Assembly: GCA_003990955.1 (NCBI GenBank)
Contig: BIFV01000007.1
Span: 48,866-72,865, forward strand
Length of the DNA stretch: 24,000 nucleotides
Source of the DNA: Sporomusaceae bacterium FL31
Lineage (GTDB): Bacteria > Bacillota > Negativicutes > DSM-1736 > Dendrosporobacteraceae
Direction: 5' to 3'
The notes under the pieces were generated by a model that ran no database searches, was not told the origin of the DNA, and was given only the letters and a program-made list of their open reading frames with translations. A program made the translations under genes and the position numbers. Positions 1-8,834 of the stretch are shown piece by piece. Every line of letters starts with the position of its first letter. The stretch's first letter is position 1.

Positions 1-884
1 CTGGGTCTTTTGTTGGACCAGAGCGGCTGCGGTTTGATTTTTCTCATTTCTCTGCTGTAACTGCTGAGGAGTTAAACGAGATTGAGCAGTATGTAAATGA
101 TATTATTTATAAAAATATCCTGGTTGATATTCTGGAGACCACTCAGGATGAAGCCAAGGAAATGGGTGCAATGGCTTTATTTGGTGAAAAATACGGTGAT
201 ATTGTACGGGTTGTTTGTGTTGATGAATGCAGTAAGGAACTTTGTGGTGGTATTCATGTTGCAAATACTGCAGAGATTGGATTATTTAAAATTGTTAGTG
301 AATCAGGAGTCGCTTCAGGAGTAAGAAGAATTGAGGCTGTTACTGGTAATGGTGCTATCAATTATTTAAATGATCGGGAAAAATTATTGCTTGAAGCTGC
401 TGGTATTGTTAAAGCACGTCCAGAAGAGATTGTAAATCGTTTAGAAAGTCTTATGAATCATGTAAAGGACTTAGAGAATCATTTAAACGCTACAAACACT
501 AAGCTAGCAAAGCTTGAAGTTCAAAAGCTATTTGACTCTATGCAAGAAGTGAATGGAGTTCAAGTCATAACTGGAATAGTTAATGCTAGTGACATTGATG
601 GTTTACGAGCAGCAGCTGACCTGGTTCGTGATAAATTGACTTGTGGTGTTGTGATATTGGCAGCAACTGTAAGCAGTGATAAAGTTAATTTTGTCGCTAT
701 GGCAACTAAAGAAGCTGTTGCAAAAGGCATTCATGCTGGCAATCTTGTCAAGGAGGCAGCACGGGTGGCTGGCGGCGGCGGCGGCGGTCGTCCTGATATG
801 GCTCAAGCTGGCGGTAAGCAACCTGGCATGATAGCACCAGCCTTAAGTGCGGCTTTTGATGTCATCACGCAGCAGGTCAAATAA
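1..884 (+). CDS. alaS: Alanine--tRNA ligase, C-terminal part (5' end lies outside the window)
   Basis: Frame 3 is open from base 3 and reads GSFVGPERLRFDFSHFSAVT...MGAMALFGEKYGD...CGGIHV...GVRRIEAVTG...GGGGGGRPDMAQAGG. These are the classic AlaRS editing-domain and C-terminal (C-Ala) motifs. The ORF-track start at 162 is only an internal Met. Stop TAA at 882-884. Confidence 0.95.
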   Translation, partial: GSFVGPERLRFDFSHFSAVTAEELNEIEQYVNDIIYKNILVDILETTQDEAKEMGAMALFGEKYGDIVRVVCVDECSKELCGGIHVANTAEIGLFKIVSESGVASGVRRIEAVTGNGAINYLNDREKLLLEAAGIVKARPEEIVNRLESLMNHVKDLENHLNATNTKLAKLEVQKLFDSMQEVNGVQVITGIVNASDIDGLRAAADLVRDKLTCGVVILAATVSSDKVNFVAMATKEAVAKGIHAGNLVKEAARVAGGGGGGRPDMAQAGGKQPGMIAPALSAAFDVITQQVK

Positions 885-932
885 GTTTTATAAGTGTTAT
901 GAAATCGTTATGTTTATCTCAAACAGGTGAAA

Positions 933-958
933 AAAGGGTGGGCTTATGCCCACCCTTT
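933..958 (+). terminator. Candidate intrinsic terminator after alaS
   Basis: Perfect 11-bp stem aaagggtgggc / gcccacccttt with loop ttat. There is an A-tract upstream but only TTT downstream on the + strand. The better T-run is on the - strand, so it could act bidirectionally. Confidence 0.45.
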
Positions 959-1048
959 GGATATAATATAAAATAACAGGAAATATATAGCCTAAGTAGA
1001 ATATAATGGTATAAATAAGTCAATAATATGATGGGAGGAGGATGCTCA

Positions 1049-1303
1049 ATGCCCAATTTAGAAGAAACAATGATGTTTAGTGTTGAAAACGAAGATACGA
1101 ATGACGCGGCAGTTATTATAGGCAAGGTTTGTCAATCATTAAGAGATAAAGGATATAATCCTATTAATCAACTGGTTGGCTATCTTTTGTCAGGGGATCC
1201 CACTTATATTACCAGCCATAATAATGCCCGAGGTCTAATACGCAAGCTTGAGCGCGATGAACTCTTAGAGGAATTAGTTCGTGCGTATTTAAAAAATAAA
1301 TAA
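1049..1303 (+). CDS. ireB: IreB family regulatory phosphoprotein (UPF0297 / YrzL-like)
   Basis: [13 protein letters not shown]...[55 protein letters not shown] is the typical UPF0297 sequence. I prefer the ATG at 1049 (SD GGAGGAGG at 1034-1041, 7-nt spacing) over the ORF-track ATG at 1028. The alaS-yrzL-ruvX order is conserved. Confidence 0.88.
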   Translation: MPNLEETMMFSVENEDTNDAAVIIGKVCQSLRDKGYNPINQLVGYLLSGDPTYITSHNNARGLIRKLERDELLEELVRAYLKNK

Positions 1304-1445
1304 CTATGATTTCGGAACACTTTGGAAAACGGATTTATATGAATCTTGAAAGCAATCTGCCCTTGCGAGTTAGGCTGTTTTGTATCTAAAGGCCTAACGC
1401 AGGGGTGATTTTATATTCAGATAGGCGGATTATTTTGGAGGGAAA

Positions 1446-1865
1446 ATGCGCATACTAGCACTTGATGTCGGGGATAAAACAATTGGGGTAGCGGTAAGTG
1501 ATGAATTGTTGTTTACTGCGCAAGGTGTTGAAGTCATACGACGTACTAGCCTAGAAAGAGATTTTGCCAGGCTACAACAATTAATCACAGAGTACTCTGC
1601 CGAAACTATCGTAGTTGGCTTGCCCAAAAATATGAACGGAACTATTGGTCCTCGCGGCGAACTAGTTCAGCAATTTTCGTCAGAGCTAACAACAGCTATC
1701 CCTAATATTACGATTAAACATTGGGATGAGCGTTTATCCACTGTAGCGGCGGAAAAATCTTTAATTGCGGCTGATGTTAGCCGAGCTAAACGTCGTAAGG
1801 TTATCGATAAGATGGCAGCTGTTTTTATTTTGCAAGGCTACCTTGATAGTCTACCTAACCAATAA
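1446..1865 (+). CDS. ruvX: Holliday junction resolvase-like protein RuvX/YqgF (putative pre-16S rRNA nuclease)
   Basis: The N-terminus [19 protein letters not shown], the internal [14 protein letters not shown] and the C-terminal ILQGYLD are YqgF-family hallmarks. SD GGAGG at 1437-1441. Confidence 0.93.
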   Translation: MRILALDVGDKTIGVAVSDELLFTAQGVEVIRRTSLERDFARLQQLITEYSAETIVVGLPKNMNGTIGPRGELVQQFSSELTTAIPNITIKHWDERLSTVAAEKSLIAADVSRAKRRKVIDKMAAVFILQGYLDSLPNQ

Positions 1866-1870
1866 CTTCC

Positions 1871-1899
1871 TTGACAGTAAAAGTTTTCTAAGATAAAAT
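1871..1899 (+). promoter_or_regulatory. Candidate sigma-A promoter for the DUF1292 gene
   Basis: TTGACA (1871-1876), an exact 17-nt spacer, then TAAAAT (1894-1899), about 30 nt upstream of the start codon. Confidence 0.55.
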
Positions 1900-1928
1900 T
1901 ACAGTACAATAATGATGAGGTGAAAACA

Positions 1929-2258
1929 ATGGCTGATAATGAAAAAGATAACATCGAAGAATTGGACGAGGATCTTGTTGTTGTCATGACCGATGAAGAA
2001 GGTAACGAATACTACTACCGTGAAGAATTGATTATTCCTATCGGAGAAAAACGTTATGCCATTCTGGTATCAATTGATGATGCTGAGTGTGGCTGCGGAT
2101 GCGAAGCCGGCCATGAAGAGGATGTATACATAGCCCGAATTGATGTTGATGAAAGCGGAGAAGAGGTATATGTAGATCCTACTGACGAGGAATTTGAGCA
2201 GGTTCGTGAGGCTTATGAAGAATTAATGGAAGAAGAAGAAGAGGATGAAGCCGAATAG
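1929..2258 (+). CDS. DUF1292 domain protein (YrzB/UPF0473-like), highly acidic
   Basis: MADNEKDNIEELDEDLVVVMTDEEGNEYYY...YAILVS...VYVDPTDEEFEQVREAYEELMEEEEEDE matches the DUF1292 pattern and the position after ruvX. The ATG at 1929 has SD GAGGTG (1917-1922), so I prefer it to the GTG at 1920. Confidence 0.85.
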   Translation: MADNEKDNIEELDEDLVVVMTDEEGNEYYYREELIIPIGEKRYAILVSIDDAECGCGCEAGHEEDVYIARIDVDESGEEVYVDPTDEEFEQVREAYEELMEEEEEDEAE

Positions 2259-2272
2259 GCTTCATTTTTTTT
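2245..2272 (+). terminator. Intrinsic terminator after the DUF1292 gene
   Basis: 8-bp stem atgaagcc / ggcttcat with a 5-nt loop, followed directly by a T8 run. The stem overlaps the stop codon. Confidence 0.75.
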
Positions 2273-2353
2273 GTCTTTTTGTGTATAATAGAGGAACGAA
2301 TTTAACACATTATTGTAAACATTGAGTAGATGGCGGTAAGAGAGGTGAAATGA

Positions 2354-3364
2354 ATGATTACGATTCCGCAAAAAATAGCAACAAAATGGATTTTATTGGT
2401 GGGAGTTATTGCCATATTATTTGGAAGCTTCGTATATGGTTTAGCTAAGCCTGTTAATTCAGCATCAAAGGATATAACCTATGTTTCGATAAAATCTGGC
2501 ATGACAGCAGATACTATTGGCAATCTTCTCTATGAGCAGAGTTTAATTAAGAATGTCCTGGCATTTCGAATTGTTTCTAAGATTCATGGCTTAGATAGTA
2601 AGTTAAAAGCTGGTGATTATAGTTTTACAAAAGATATGTCAGTGATGCAGATTGTAGATAAACTGGCTAAAGGTGAGACTGCTCAGAAACAAATAACAAT
2701 TCCAGAAGGCTATACCGTTGATCAGATCGCACTTTTAATAAAAGAAAAACAGCTTGGCGATCCGGATAAGTTTAAAAAGCTGGCTAGGAATTTTATTCCA
2801 TATGCTTATATGACAGCTAATTCGTCAACTGTCTATCCAGTAGAAGGATATATATTCCCCGATACCTATGAAATTGCCAGTGGCGCTTCGGAAGAGGAAC
2901 TATTAACGATGATGGTCACTGAATTTGATAAAAGGTTTAGTCAAGAAATGCGAGAAAGAGCAGAGCAAATAGGACTTTCCAATCGGGAAGTGATTGTACT
3001 AGCTTCCTTGGTGGAAAAAGAAGCGCGTATTGACAGTGATCGTCCGATTATTGCAGGTGTTTTCTTGAATCGGTTGAAACATAGTATGCCACTGCAATCA
3101 TGTGCTACGATTCAGTATATATTGGGTTATCCTAAGCCGGAGCTTAGCATTCAGGATACAGAAATTGAGTCTGCCTATAATACCTACCAGCACAGCGGTT
3201 TGCCGCCAGGACCAATTGCTAATCCAGGGCTGGCTTCAATCAATGCCGTCCTTTATTCGACCGATACAGATTATTTATACTTTGTAGCGGATAAGCAGGG
3301 ACATCACCATTTTAGTAAAACCTATGAAGAACACTTAACAGCAATTGAGCAGGTGCAAAAATAA
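2354..3364 (+). CDS. mltG: Endolytic murein transglycosylase MltG (YceG family)
   Basis: N-terminal TM helix, then YceG motifs: IPEGYTVDQIA, EGYIFPDTYE, LASLVEKEA, YNTYQHSGLPPGPIANPG, YLYFVA. SD AGAGGTG at 2341-2347. Confidence 0.93.
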   Translation: MITIPQKIATKWILLVGVIAILFGSFVYGLAKPVNSASKDITYVSIKSGMTADTIGNLLYEQSLIKNVLAFRIVSKIHGLDSKLKAGDYSFTKDMSVMQIVDKLAKGETAQKQITIPEGYTVDQIALLIKEKQLGDPDKFKKLARNFIPYAYMTANSSTVYPVEGYIFPDTYEIASGASEEELLTMMVTEFDKRFSQEMRERAEQIGLSNREVIVLASLVEKEARIDSDRPIIAGVFLNRLKHSMPLQSCATIQYILGYPKPELSIQDTEIESAYNTYQHSGLPPGPIANPGLASINAVLYSTDTDYLYFVADKQGHHHFSKTYEEHLTAIEQVQK

Positions 3365-3975
3365 TGCAAATAGAAGCTTCATTATTTCGTGAAATCCAGG
3401 ATTATGCTGAAATTAATCATGTGCCGATTATAAGCTTCGAAGGGGCTAGTCTGCTTGTACAAATCGTATCAAGCAGCAAGCCCCTGTCTATTCTTGAAAT
3501 TGGTACAGCCATTGGCTATTCGACGTTAAAGTTTATTGAGCATATGCCCAGTGATGCCAATGTTGTTTCTATAGAACTTGATAATGAACGAGTCGAGATT
3601 GCCAAGGCATTTATTGCAAAAGCTGGTGCTGAAAATAAAGTTCAGATCATTGCAGGTGATGCGGGAAGTATCTTACCGCAATTAACTGGCCCGTTTGATT
3701 TGGTATTTATCGATGCAGCCAAAGGGCAGTATCTGGATTACTTTAAAAAAATCGAAGATAAATTATCGCAGCATTCCGTCGTTATTGCAGACAATGTTTT
3801 ATTTCGTGGCTATGTTGAAAGTAATGAGGCACCGCCGCGCCGATATAAAACTATTGTGAAGCGGTTACGTGAATATCTTAGTTATGTTACTGATCATCCA
3901 AGTTTTAACACTCATTTGCATAGAGTTGGGGATGGAGTAGCTATTTCTTACTATAGGGGGAAGAAAAGTGAATAA
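3364..3975 (+). CDS. Class I SAM-dependent O-methyltransferase, YrrM/TrmR-like (putative tRNA 5-hydroxyuridine methyltransferase)
   Basis: SAM-binding motif ILEIGTAIGYST, then VFIDAAKGQY and ADNVLFRG, typical of the Methyltransf_3 family. It sits in the same position as B. subtilis yrrM. Its ATG overlaps the mltG stop by 1 nt. Confidence 0.85.
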   Translation: MQIEASLFREIQDYAEINHVPIISFEGASLLVQIVSSSKPLSILEIGTAIGYSTLKFIEHMPSDANVVSIELDNERVEIAKAFIAKAGAENKVQIIAGDAGSILPQLTGPFDLVFIDAAKGQYLDYFKKIEDKLSQHSVVIADNVLFRGYVESNEAPPRRYKTIVKRLREYLSYVTDHPSFNTHLHRVGDGVAISYYRGKKSE

Positions 3976-5188
3976 ACCCGAATTATTAGCTCCAGCAGGT
4001 AATCTTGAAAAACTGAAAATGGCGTTGCTTTATGGGGCCGATGCAGTTTTTATGGGCGGCAAGGCTTTTGGCTTAAGGGCTTTTAGTGATAATTTTAGTG
4101 ATGAGGAACTTAAAGAGGGCATTGAATTTGCTCATAGTTTGCATAAAAAAGCCTACATCACTGTGAATATATTTCCGCACAACGAAGATTTGATCGGATT
4201 ACCGGAATATCTAACTTATTTACGTGATGCTGGTGCAGATGCTCTGATTATTGCAGATTTGGGAGTATATCGCATAGCGCGAAATGTTGTTCCTGAGCTA
4301 CCCTTGCATATAAGTACCCAAGCCAATAATACAAATTGGTCCTCGGTATTATGCTGGCAGGATATGGGTGCTGAGCGAGTCGTATTGGCAAGAGAATTAT
4401 CATTAAAAGATATTGAAATTATTCGCCAGAAAGTGGATGTTGAACTGGAAGCCTTTGTTCATGGTGCAATGTGCATATCTTATTCCGGTCGTTGCCTAAT
4501 GAGTAATTATTTTACTGGCAGAGATGCTAACAGAGGCGAATGTGCACAGTCTTGCCGCTGGAAATACCATCTTGTTGAAGAGAAAAGGCCAAATCAATAT
4601 ATACCTGTTATGGAAGATGAACGTGGGACGTATATATTTAATTCTAAAGACTTATGTCTATTGCCTCATATTTCTCAGCTTATTGAGAGTGGGATTAACA
4701 GTTTTAAAATTGAAGGAAGGATGAAAAGCGTTCATTATGTTGCAACAGTTGTTAAAGTTTATCGGCAAGCAATTGACGCTTATTTTGCAAATCCCCACGA
4801 TTTTTCTATTAAGCCAGAGTGGTTGGAAGAATTAAATAAGGGATCACACCGAGAATATACGACAGGGTTTTATTTTAATCACACAACTCATGAGGATCAA
4901 ATTTACGGAACTTCTTCTTATACCCAAACCCATGATTTTATTGGATTGGTAAAATCCTATGATGCCGCAAATAAAACTGCTGTTGTTGAACAGCGCAATA
5001 ATATGAAAGTTGGTCAAGAAATCGAGATTGTTCAGCCGGAAGGGCCTACCTTTATACAACGAATTGAGGCTATGTCAGATTTAGACGGCAACTCAATTGA
5101 CGTTGCACCTCATCCTCAACAATTGATCGTCATGCCAATGAAGAATCCGGTAGACAACTTTTCGATGCTGAGAAGGAAGGTAAAATAG
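3968..5188 (+). CDS. Peptidase U32 family protein (YrrO/TrhP-like, putative tRNA U34 hydroxylase component)
   Basis: N-terminus KPELLAPAGNLEKLK, then ISTQANN, EAFVHGAMCISYSGRCLMSNY...ECAQSCRW (four-Cys cluster) and FKIEGRMKS are U32 hallmarks. The GTG start overlaps the upstream gene by 8 nt. Confidence 0.9.
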   Translation: MNKPELLAPAGNLEKLKMALLYGADAVFMGGKAFGLRAFSDNFSDEELKEGIEFAHSLHKKAYITVNIFPHNEDLIGLPEYLTYLRDAGADALIIADLGVYRIARNVVPELPLHISTQANNTNWSSVLCWQDMGAERVVLARELSLKDIEIIRQKVDVELEAFVHGAMCISYSGRCLMSNYFTGRDANRGECAQSCRWKYHLVEEKRPNQYIPVMEDERGTYIFNSKDLCLLPHISQLIESGINSFKIEGRMKSVHYVATVVKVYRQAIDAYFANPHDFSIKPEWLEELNKGSHREYTTGFYFNHTTHEDQIYGTSSYTQTHDFIGLVKSYDAANKTAVVEQRNNMKVGQEIEIVQPEGPTFIQRIEAMSDLDGNSIDVAPHPQQLIVMPMKNPVDNFSMLRRKVK

Positions 5189-5189
5189 T

Positions 5190-5405
5190 ATGAGTGAAGC
5201 CATTCATCTGCGGATTAATCCTAAGCATGTACATTATATTAATAGAATTATGGAAGGGTATGAATATCTAGGCACGGTCAGTACCGTGGATCGCAATGAA
5301 GCGGTAGTGATTATTAGAACTACCCCTGATACCCTCGGGGAAGTTCATAATATCATCAGTCACTTAGATATTCCTTTTGAATATGTAAACGAGAAGTGTA
5401 ACTAA
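5190..5405 (+). CDS. DUF4911 domain protein (71 aa)
   Basis: IHLRINPKHVHYINRIMEGYEYLGTVSTVD...VVIIRTTPD matches my recollection of DUF4911, which commonly follows U32 genes. SD AAGGAAGG precedes it, and the ATG lies 1 nt after the U32 stop. Confidence 0.8.
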   Translation: MSEAIHLRINPKHVHYINRIMEGYEYLGTVSTVDRNEAVVIIRTTPDTLGEVHNIISHLDIPFEYVNEKCN

Positions 5406-5455
5406 AGTTATTAAAATTTCCACAGAATGCCATACTATAACCAAGAGGTGATAGT

Positions 5456-7114
5456 GTGGCATTTAATCTTATGCGTATTTATAAATTAATGCTGGTTTTT
5501 ATCTTTCTCGGCTGTCTATTGGCTGGTCGGCTGTTTTATCTCCAAATTATTAATGGACCGCTGCTTACGGTACAAAGTCTAAGTGGGCGGGTTCAGGAAG
5601 TGCCAATGGAAGTCTCACGAGGCGAAATTATTGATCGGAATGGTTATTCACTAACCAATACGGCACAACACTTTAGTCTTATCATTTTTCCAAGCCAAGT
5701 AAGGGATATTTCATTAACCGCTGAAAAGATAGCCAATATTCTTGGATTACCAGCCGATAAAATTGTAGCAAAAATAAATAGAGATCAGCGAGCTTTTAAA
5801 TTAAAATCTGATTTAGATGGATTAACTGCCCAGAAAATAAACGCATTAAATGCTCCTGGAATACTCGTGATGTCAGAAAAAATGCGTTACGGGTATAGTT
5901 CACTGGCCTCACACGTCACCGGGTACATCAATACCTCTGATAATCGGGGAGTTAGTGGGATAGAAGCAATGTTTGATGATGTATTACGAGGGAATCAGCC
6001 AGAATACGCTGCAGCTTTAGTGGATGCTACACAGCAGGTTATTCCAGGGCTAGGTTATAAGCGAATGCGTCTCGATAATGGAACTGGTCCAAATAACGTT
6101 GTTTTGACAATTGACAGCCGCATTCAGAAAAGTGTTGAGGCTGTTCTAGACAGGCATTCACCGAAAGGTGCGGTTGTCGTAATGAGGCCATCAACGGGTG
6201 AAATACTGGCAATGGCTTCACGCCCGAATTTTGATGCTAATAATTTAGATGAGTATTTAACGAGTGATGCTGCACCGTTGTTAAATCGGGCCATTGCAGC
6301 ATATCAGCCAGGATCAGTTTTTAAGCTGGTTGTTGCAGCAGCGGCATTAGAAAATCAATTGGTTAGACCCAATGATATTTTTTTTGATCACGGATATATT
6401 GATATTAATGGGATTAGATTCAAGGGCTGGGATTATGATCATGGACCTAGGGGACAAATTACTTTTAGTGATGCAATGGCTTATTCTAGTAATCCCGTCT
6501 TTATTGAAGTAGGTCAGAAAGTAGGTGCTGAAAAGCTTGTCGAATATGCAAAGAAGCTGGGCTTTGGTCATAAAAGTAAATTGGAGTTTTATGGGGAGGC
6601 TGACGGCAACTTACCGTCAGCGGACAATATTTATCCCGGAGAATTAGCCAATCTTTCAATAGGGCAAGGTGAGTTTGAGGCCACACCAGTTCAAATGGCG
6701 GCCTTAGTATCGACTATTGTGAATGATGGAATTAAGGTTGAACCTTATATTGTCAGCAAACTTACAAATTCTGATGGCGTGGTAATAAAAAATTATCATG
6801 TATCACGCGGTACTAGAGTTTTATCCAGACAGACGGCAATACAAATGCGGGAAATGATGGCAGGCGTTACCCGTTATGGAACAGGTCAGGCTGCCTATGT
6901 TGACGGGGTAGGGTCTGCTGGTAAAACTGGATCTGCAGAGACGGGCAGACAAAATACAGAAGGAAAAGGAATTAATCATGCATGGTTTGCTGGTTATGCG
7001 CCTTTGGAGCAACCTCAATTTGCCATTGTTGTATTTATTGAAGATGGAATGTCCGGTGGGGATGTTGCTGCGCCAATATTTAGAGAAATTATGGAAGATA
7101 TTTTAATGCAATAG
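5456..7114 (+). CDS. Class B penicillin-binding protein (peptidoglycan D,D-transpeptidase, PBP2/PbpI-like, no PASTA domain)
   Basis: N-terminal TM anchor plus the three transpeptidase motifs: SxxK (GSVFK), SxN (YSSNP) and KTG (GKTGSAE). GTG start with SD GAGGTG at 5445-5450. Confidence 0.9.
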   Translation: MAFNLMRIYKLMLVFIFLGCLLAGRLFYLQIINGPLLTVQSLSGRVQEVPMEVSRGEIIDRNGYSLTNTAQHFSLIIFPSQVRDISLTAEKIANILGLPADKIVAKINRDQRAFKLKSDLDGLTAQKINALNAPGILVMSEKMRYGYSSLASHVTGYINTSDNRGVSGIEAMFDDVLRGNQPEYAAALVDATQQVIPGLGYKRMRLDNGTGPNNVVLTIDSRIQKSVEAVLDRHSPKGAVVVMRPSTGEILAMASRPNFDANNLDEYLTSDAAPLLNRAIAAYQPGSVFKLVVAAAALENQLVRPNDIFFDHGYIDINGIRFKGWDYDHGPRGQITFSDAMAYSSNPVFIEVGQKVGAEKLVEYAKKLGFGHKSKLEFYGEADGNLPSADNIYPGELANLSIGQGEFEATPVQMAALVSTIVNDGIKVEPYIVSKLTNSDGVVIKNYHVSRGTRVLSRQTAIQMREMMAGVTRYGTGQAAYVDGVGSAGKTGSAETGRQNTEGKGINHAWFAGYAPLEQPQFAIVVFIEDGMSGGDVAAPIFREIMEDILMQ

Positions 7115-7229
7115 CGTCTAAAGGCTTGCACCATGGATCGGATTGAAGCTGTATTAAGTCTTAAGCATTCGAGTATAATAACTTTAATCTCAAATGCACC
7201 GAGAGGTTCTAGGCAAATAATATAAATTG

Positions 7230-7238
7230 TGGTAAAAT
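7230..7238 (+). promoter_or_regulatory. Weak candidate extended -10 promoter element upstream of aroQ
   Basis: TGgTAAAAT (TG at 7230-7231, hexamer at 7233-7238). The -35 is poor (TAGGCA at 7210-7215). Confidence 0.3.
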
Positions 7239-7281
7239 GTAAAAGTTATTACTTTTTAGTAAGGTTGTGGTAAGCTTGGGA

Positions 7282-7731
7282 ATGTATCGAAATAATATTT
7301 TGATTATTCATGGACCTAACCTTAACTTGTTGGGAAAGCGTGAACCCAATATTTATGGTGCTGAGACTTTGGAAACCATAAATAATAAGCTGCAAGAGCA
7401 TGCTAAGACATTAGCTGTTCAATTAGAAATCATCCAGACAAACCACGAAGGAGTTTTGGTTGATGCTATCCAACAAGCTGATGGGCGATTTGATATGATC
7501 ATTATCAATGCTGCTGCCTTTACTCATTATAGTGTTGCAATCCGGGATGCTTTGGCAGCGGTTTCGGTACCAGCCATAGAGGTTCATCTTTCTAATATTC
7601 ATAAGCGTGAAGAGTTTCGTCATAAATCCATGATTGCGCCAGTGGTTATAGGGCAGATTTGTGGTTTTGGCTCAACTAGTTATATTCTTGCATTAGAAGC
7701 CGCAGCCAACTTATTAAAGCAGGAGGCTTAA
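7282..7731 (+). CDS. aroQ: Type II 3-dehydroquinate dehydratase
   Basis: [21 protein letters not shown]...[12 protein letters not shown]...[18 protein letters not shown]...[16 protein letters not shown] is the canonical AroQ sequence. The start is ambiguous between the ATG at 7282 (a typically short N-terminus) and the GTG at 7267 (ORF track). Confidence 0.93.
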   Translation: MYRNNILIIHGPNLNLLGKREPNIYGAETLETINNKLQEHAKTLAVQLEIIQTNHEGVLVDAIQQADGRFDMIIINAAAFTHYSVAIRDALAAVSVPAIEVHLSNIHKREEFRHKSMIAPVVIGQICGFGSTSYILALEAAANLLKQEA

Positions 7732-8799
7732 ATGAACGAGCGATTATCGAAATTGCGTAGTTTGCTAAATGATCAAGGCCTTGATGCTGTTATTGTCAGT
7801 AAACCGGAAAACAGAAGATATTTGAGTGGATTTACGGGTACTTCGGGTTTTCTAGTGATTAACCAAAATAGTGCCAAACTCATAACAGATTTTCGTTATA
7901 TAGAACAGGCTGAGTATCAGGCTCAAGGTTTTGAAATTGTGCGGCATGGCAGCAATCCACTAGAAACAGTCTCTAGCGTTATTGATGAATTAAAATCAAC
8001 TAAATGTGGCTTTGAGAGCGATTATTTGACTTATAGCGTTTATTATTCTCTGCAGAACACGCTAAAAAGTATTGAGCTTAAGCCATTGGTTCTCGATGCT
8101 CTAAGGATGATAAAAGATAGTAATGAGCTTGGCTTAATCAAGACGGCAGTTGAAATTGCCGATGCGGCATTTTCGTATATTTTATCTTTTTTGCGTCCTG
8201 GAATAACCGAACTTGCTGTTGCTGCAGAGCTTGAATATTTTATGCGCAAGCAAGGAGCCGAGAAAGCTGCTTTTGACACCATTGTTGCATCTGGACATCG
8301 AGGTGCTTTGCCTCATGGCATAGCTTCCGAGAAACAAATTGAACCTGGTGATTTTGTTACTATGGATTTTGGTGCTGTCTATAATGGCTATCATTCTGAT
8401 ATTACCAGAACTGTTTGCATTGGAAAGGCAACAGAAAAGCAGCAATTAATTTATGATCTTGTTTTAAAAGCACAGCTTGCCGGCTTACAAGCTGTCCAAG
8501 CTGGTCAAATAGGCAAAGCGGTAGATCATGTGGCGCGACAAATCATTCAAGATGCCGGATATGGTGACTATTTTGGTCACGGCCTTGGTCATGGTGTAGG
8601 ATTAGCGATTCACGAAGCCCCAGCTTTATCTCCAGGTAATACCACAATTACGTTAGCAGAAAATATGCTGGTAACAGTCGAACCAGGAGTTTATCTGCCT
8701 GATTGGGGTGGAGTTAGAATTGAGGACACAGTCAGAGTATCAGCGGCTAATTGTGAGATATTGACTTCAAGTGATAAAAAGTTAATTGAAATTGATTAA
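7732..8799 (+). CDS. M24 family Xaa-Pro aminopeptidase/dipeptidase (YqhT/PapA-like)
   Basis: Creatinase-like N-terminal domain followed by metal-ligand motifs DFGAVYNGYHSDITRT, HGLGHGVGLAIHE, VEPGVY and RIEDTV. SD AGGAGG lies inside the end of aroQ. The aroQ-pepP-efp order is conserved. Confidence 0.9.
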   Translation: MNERLSKLRSLLNDQGLDAVIVSKPENRRYLSGFTGTSGFLVINQNSAKLITDFRYIEQAEYQAQGFEIVRHGSNPLETVSSVIDELKSTKCGFESDYLTYSVYYSLQNTLKSIELKPLVLDALRMIKDSNELGLIKTAVEIADAAFSYILSFLRPGITELAVAAELEYFMRKQGAEKAAFDTIVASGHRGALPHGIASEKQIEPGDFVTMDFGAVYNGYHSDITRTVCIGKATEKQQLIYDLVLKAQLAGLQAVQAGQIGKAVDHVARQIIQDAGYGDYFGHGLGHGVGLAIHEAPALSPGNTTITLAENMLVTVEPGVYLPDWGGVRIEDTVRVSAANCEILTSSDKKLIEID

Positions 8800-8834
8800 C
8801 CCGCTTTATGGGATATAAATTGGAGGAATAATTA

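Noticed and set aside
771-788. (GGC)n trinucleotide run that could look like a microsatellite or repeat element.
   Set aside because: It encodes the conserved poly-Gly stretch (GGGGGGRPDMAQAGG) at the AlaRS C-terminus. It is an in-frame coding feature, not an independent repeat.
961-1010. Promoter for ireB (TATAAT hexamers at 962-967 and 1003-1008).
   Set aside because: Both hexamers lack any reasonable -35 or TG extension, and TATAAT-like strings are frequent in this AT-rich spacer. I left it uncalled.
7133-7225. 30-aa ORF (MDRIEAVLSLKHSSIITLISNAPRGSRQII) in the PBP-aroQ intergenic region, and a 27-aa ORF at 1306-1389.
   Set aside because: The SD is weak or absent, and there is no hydrophobic or otherwise recognisable character. 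Both are compatible with chance ORFs in AT-rich spacers. The 152-nt spacer itself showed no convincing RNA structure or known leader motif.
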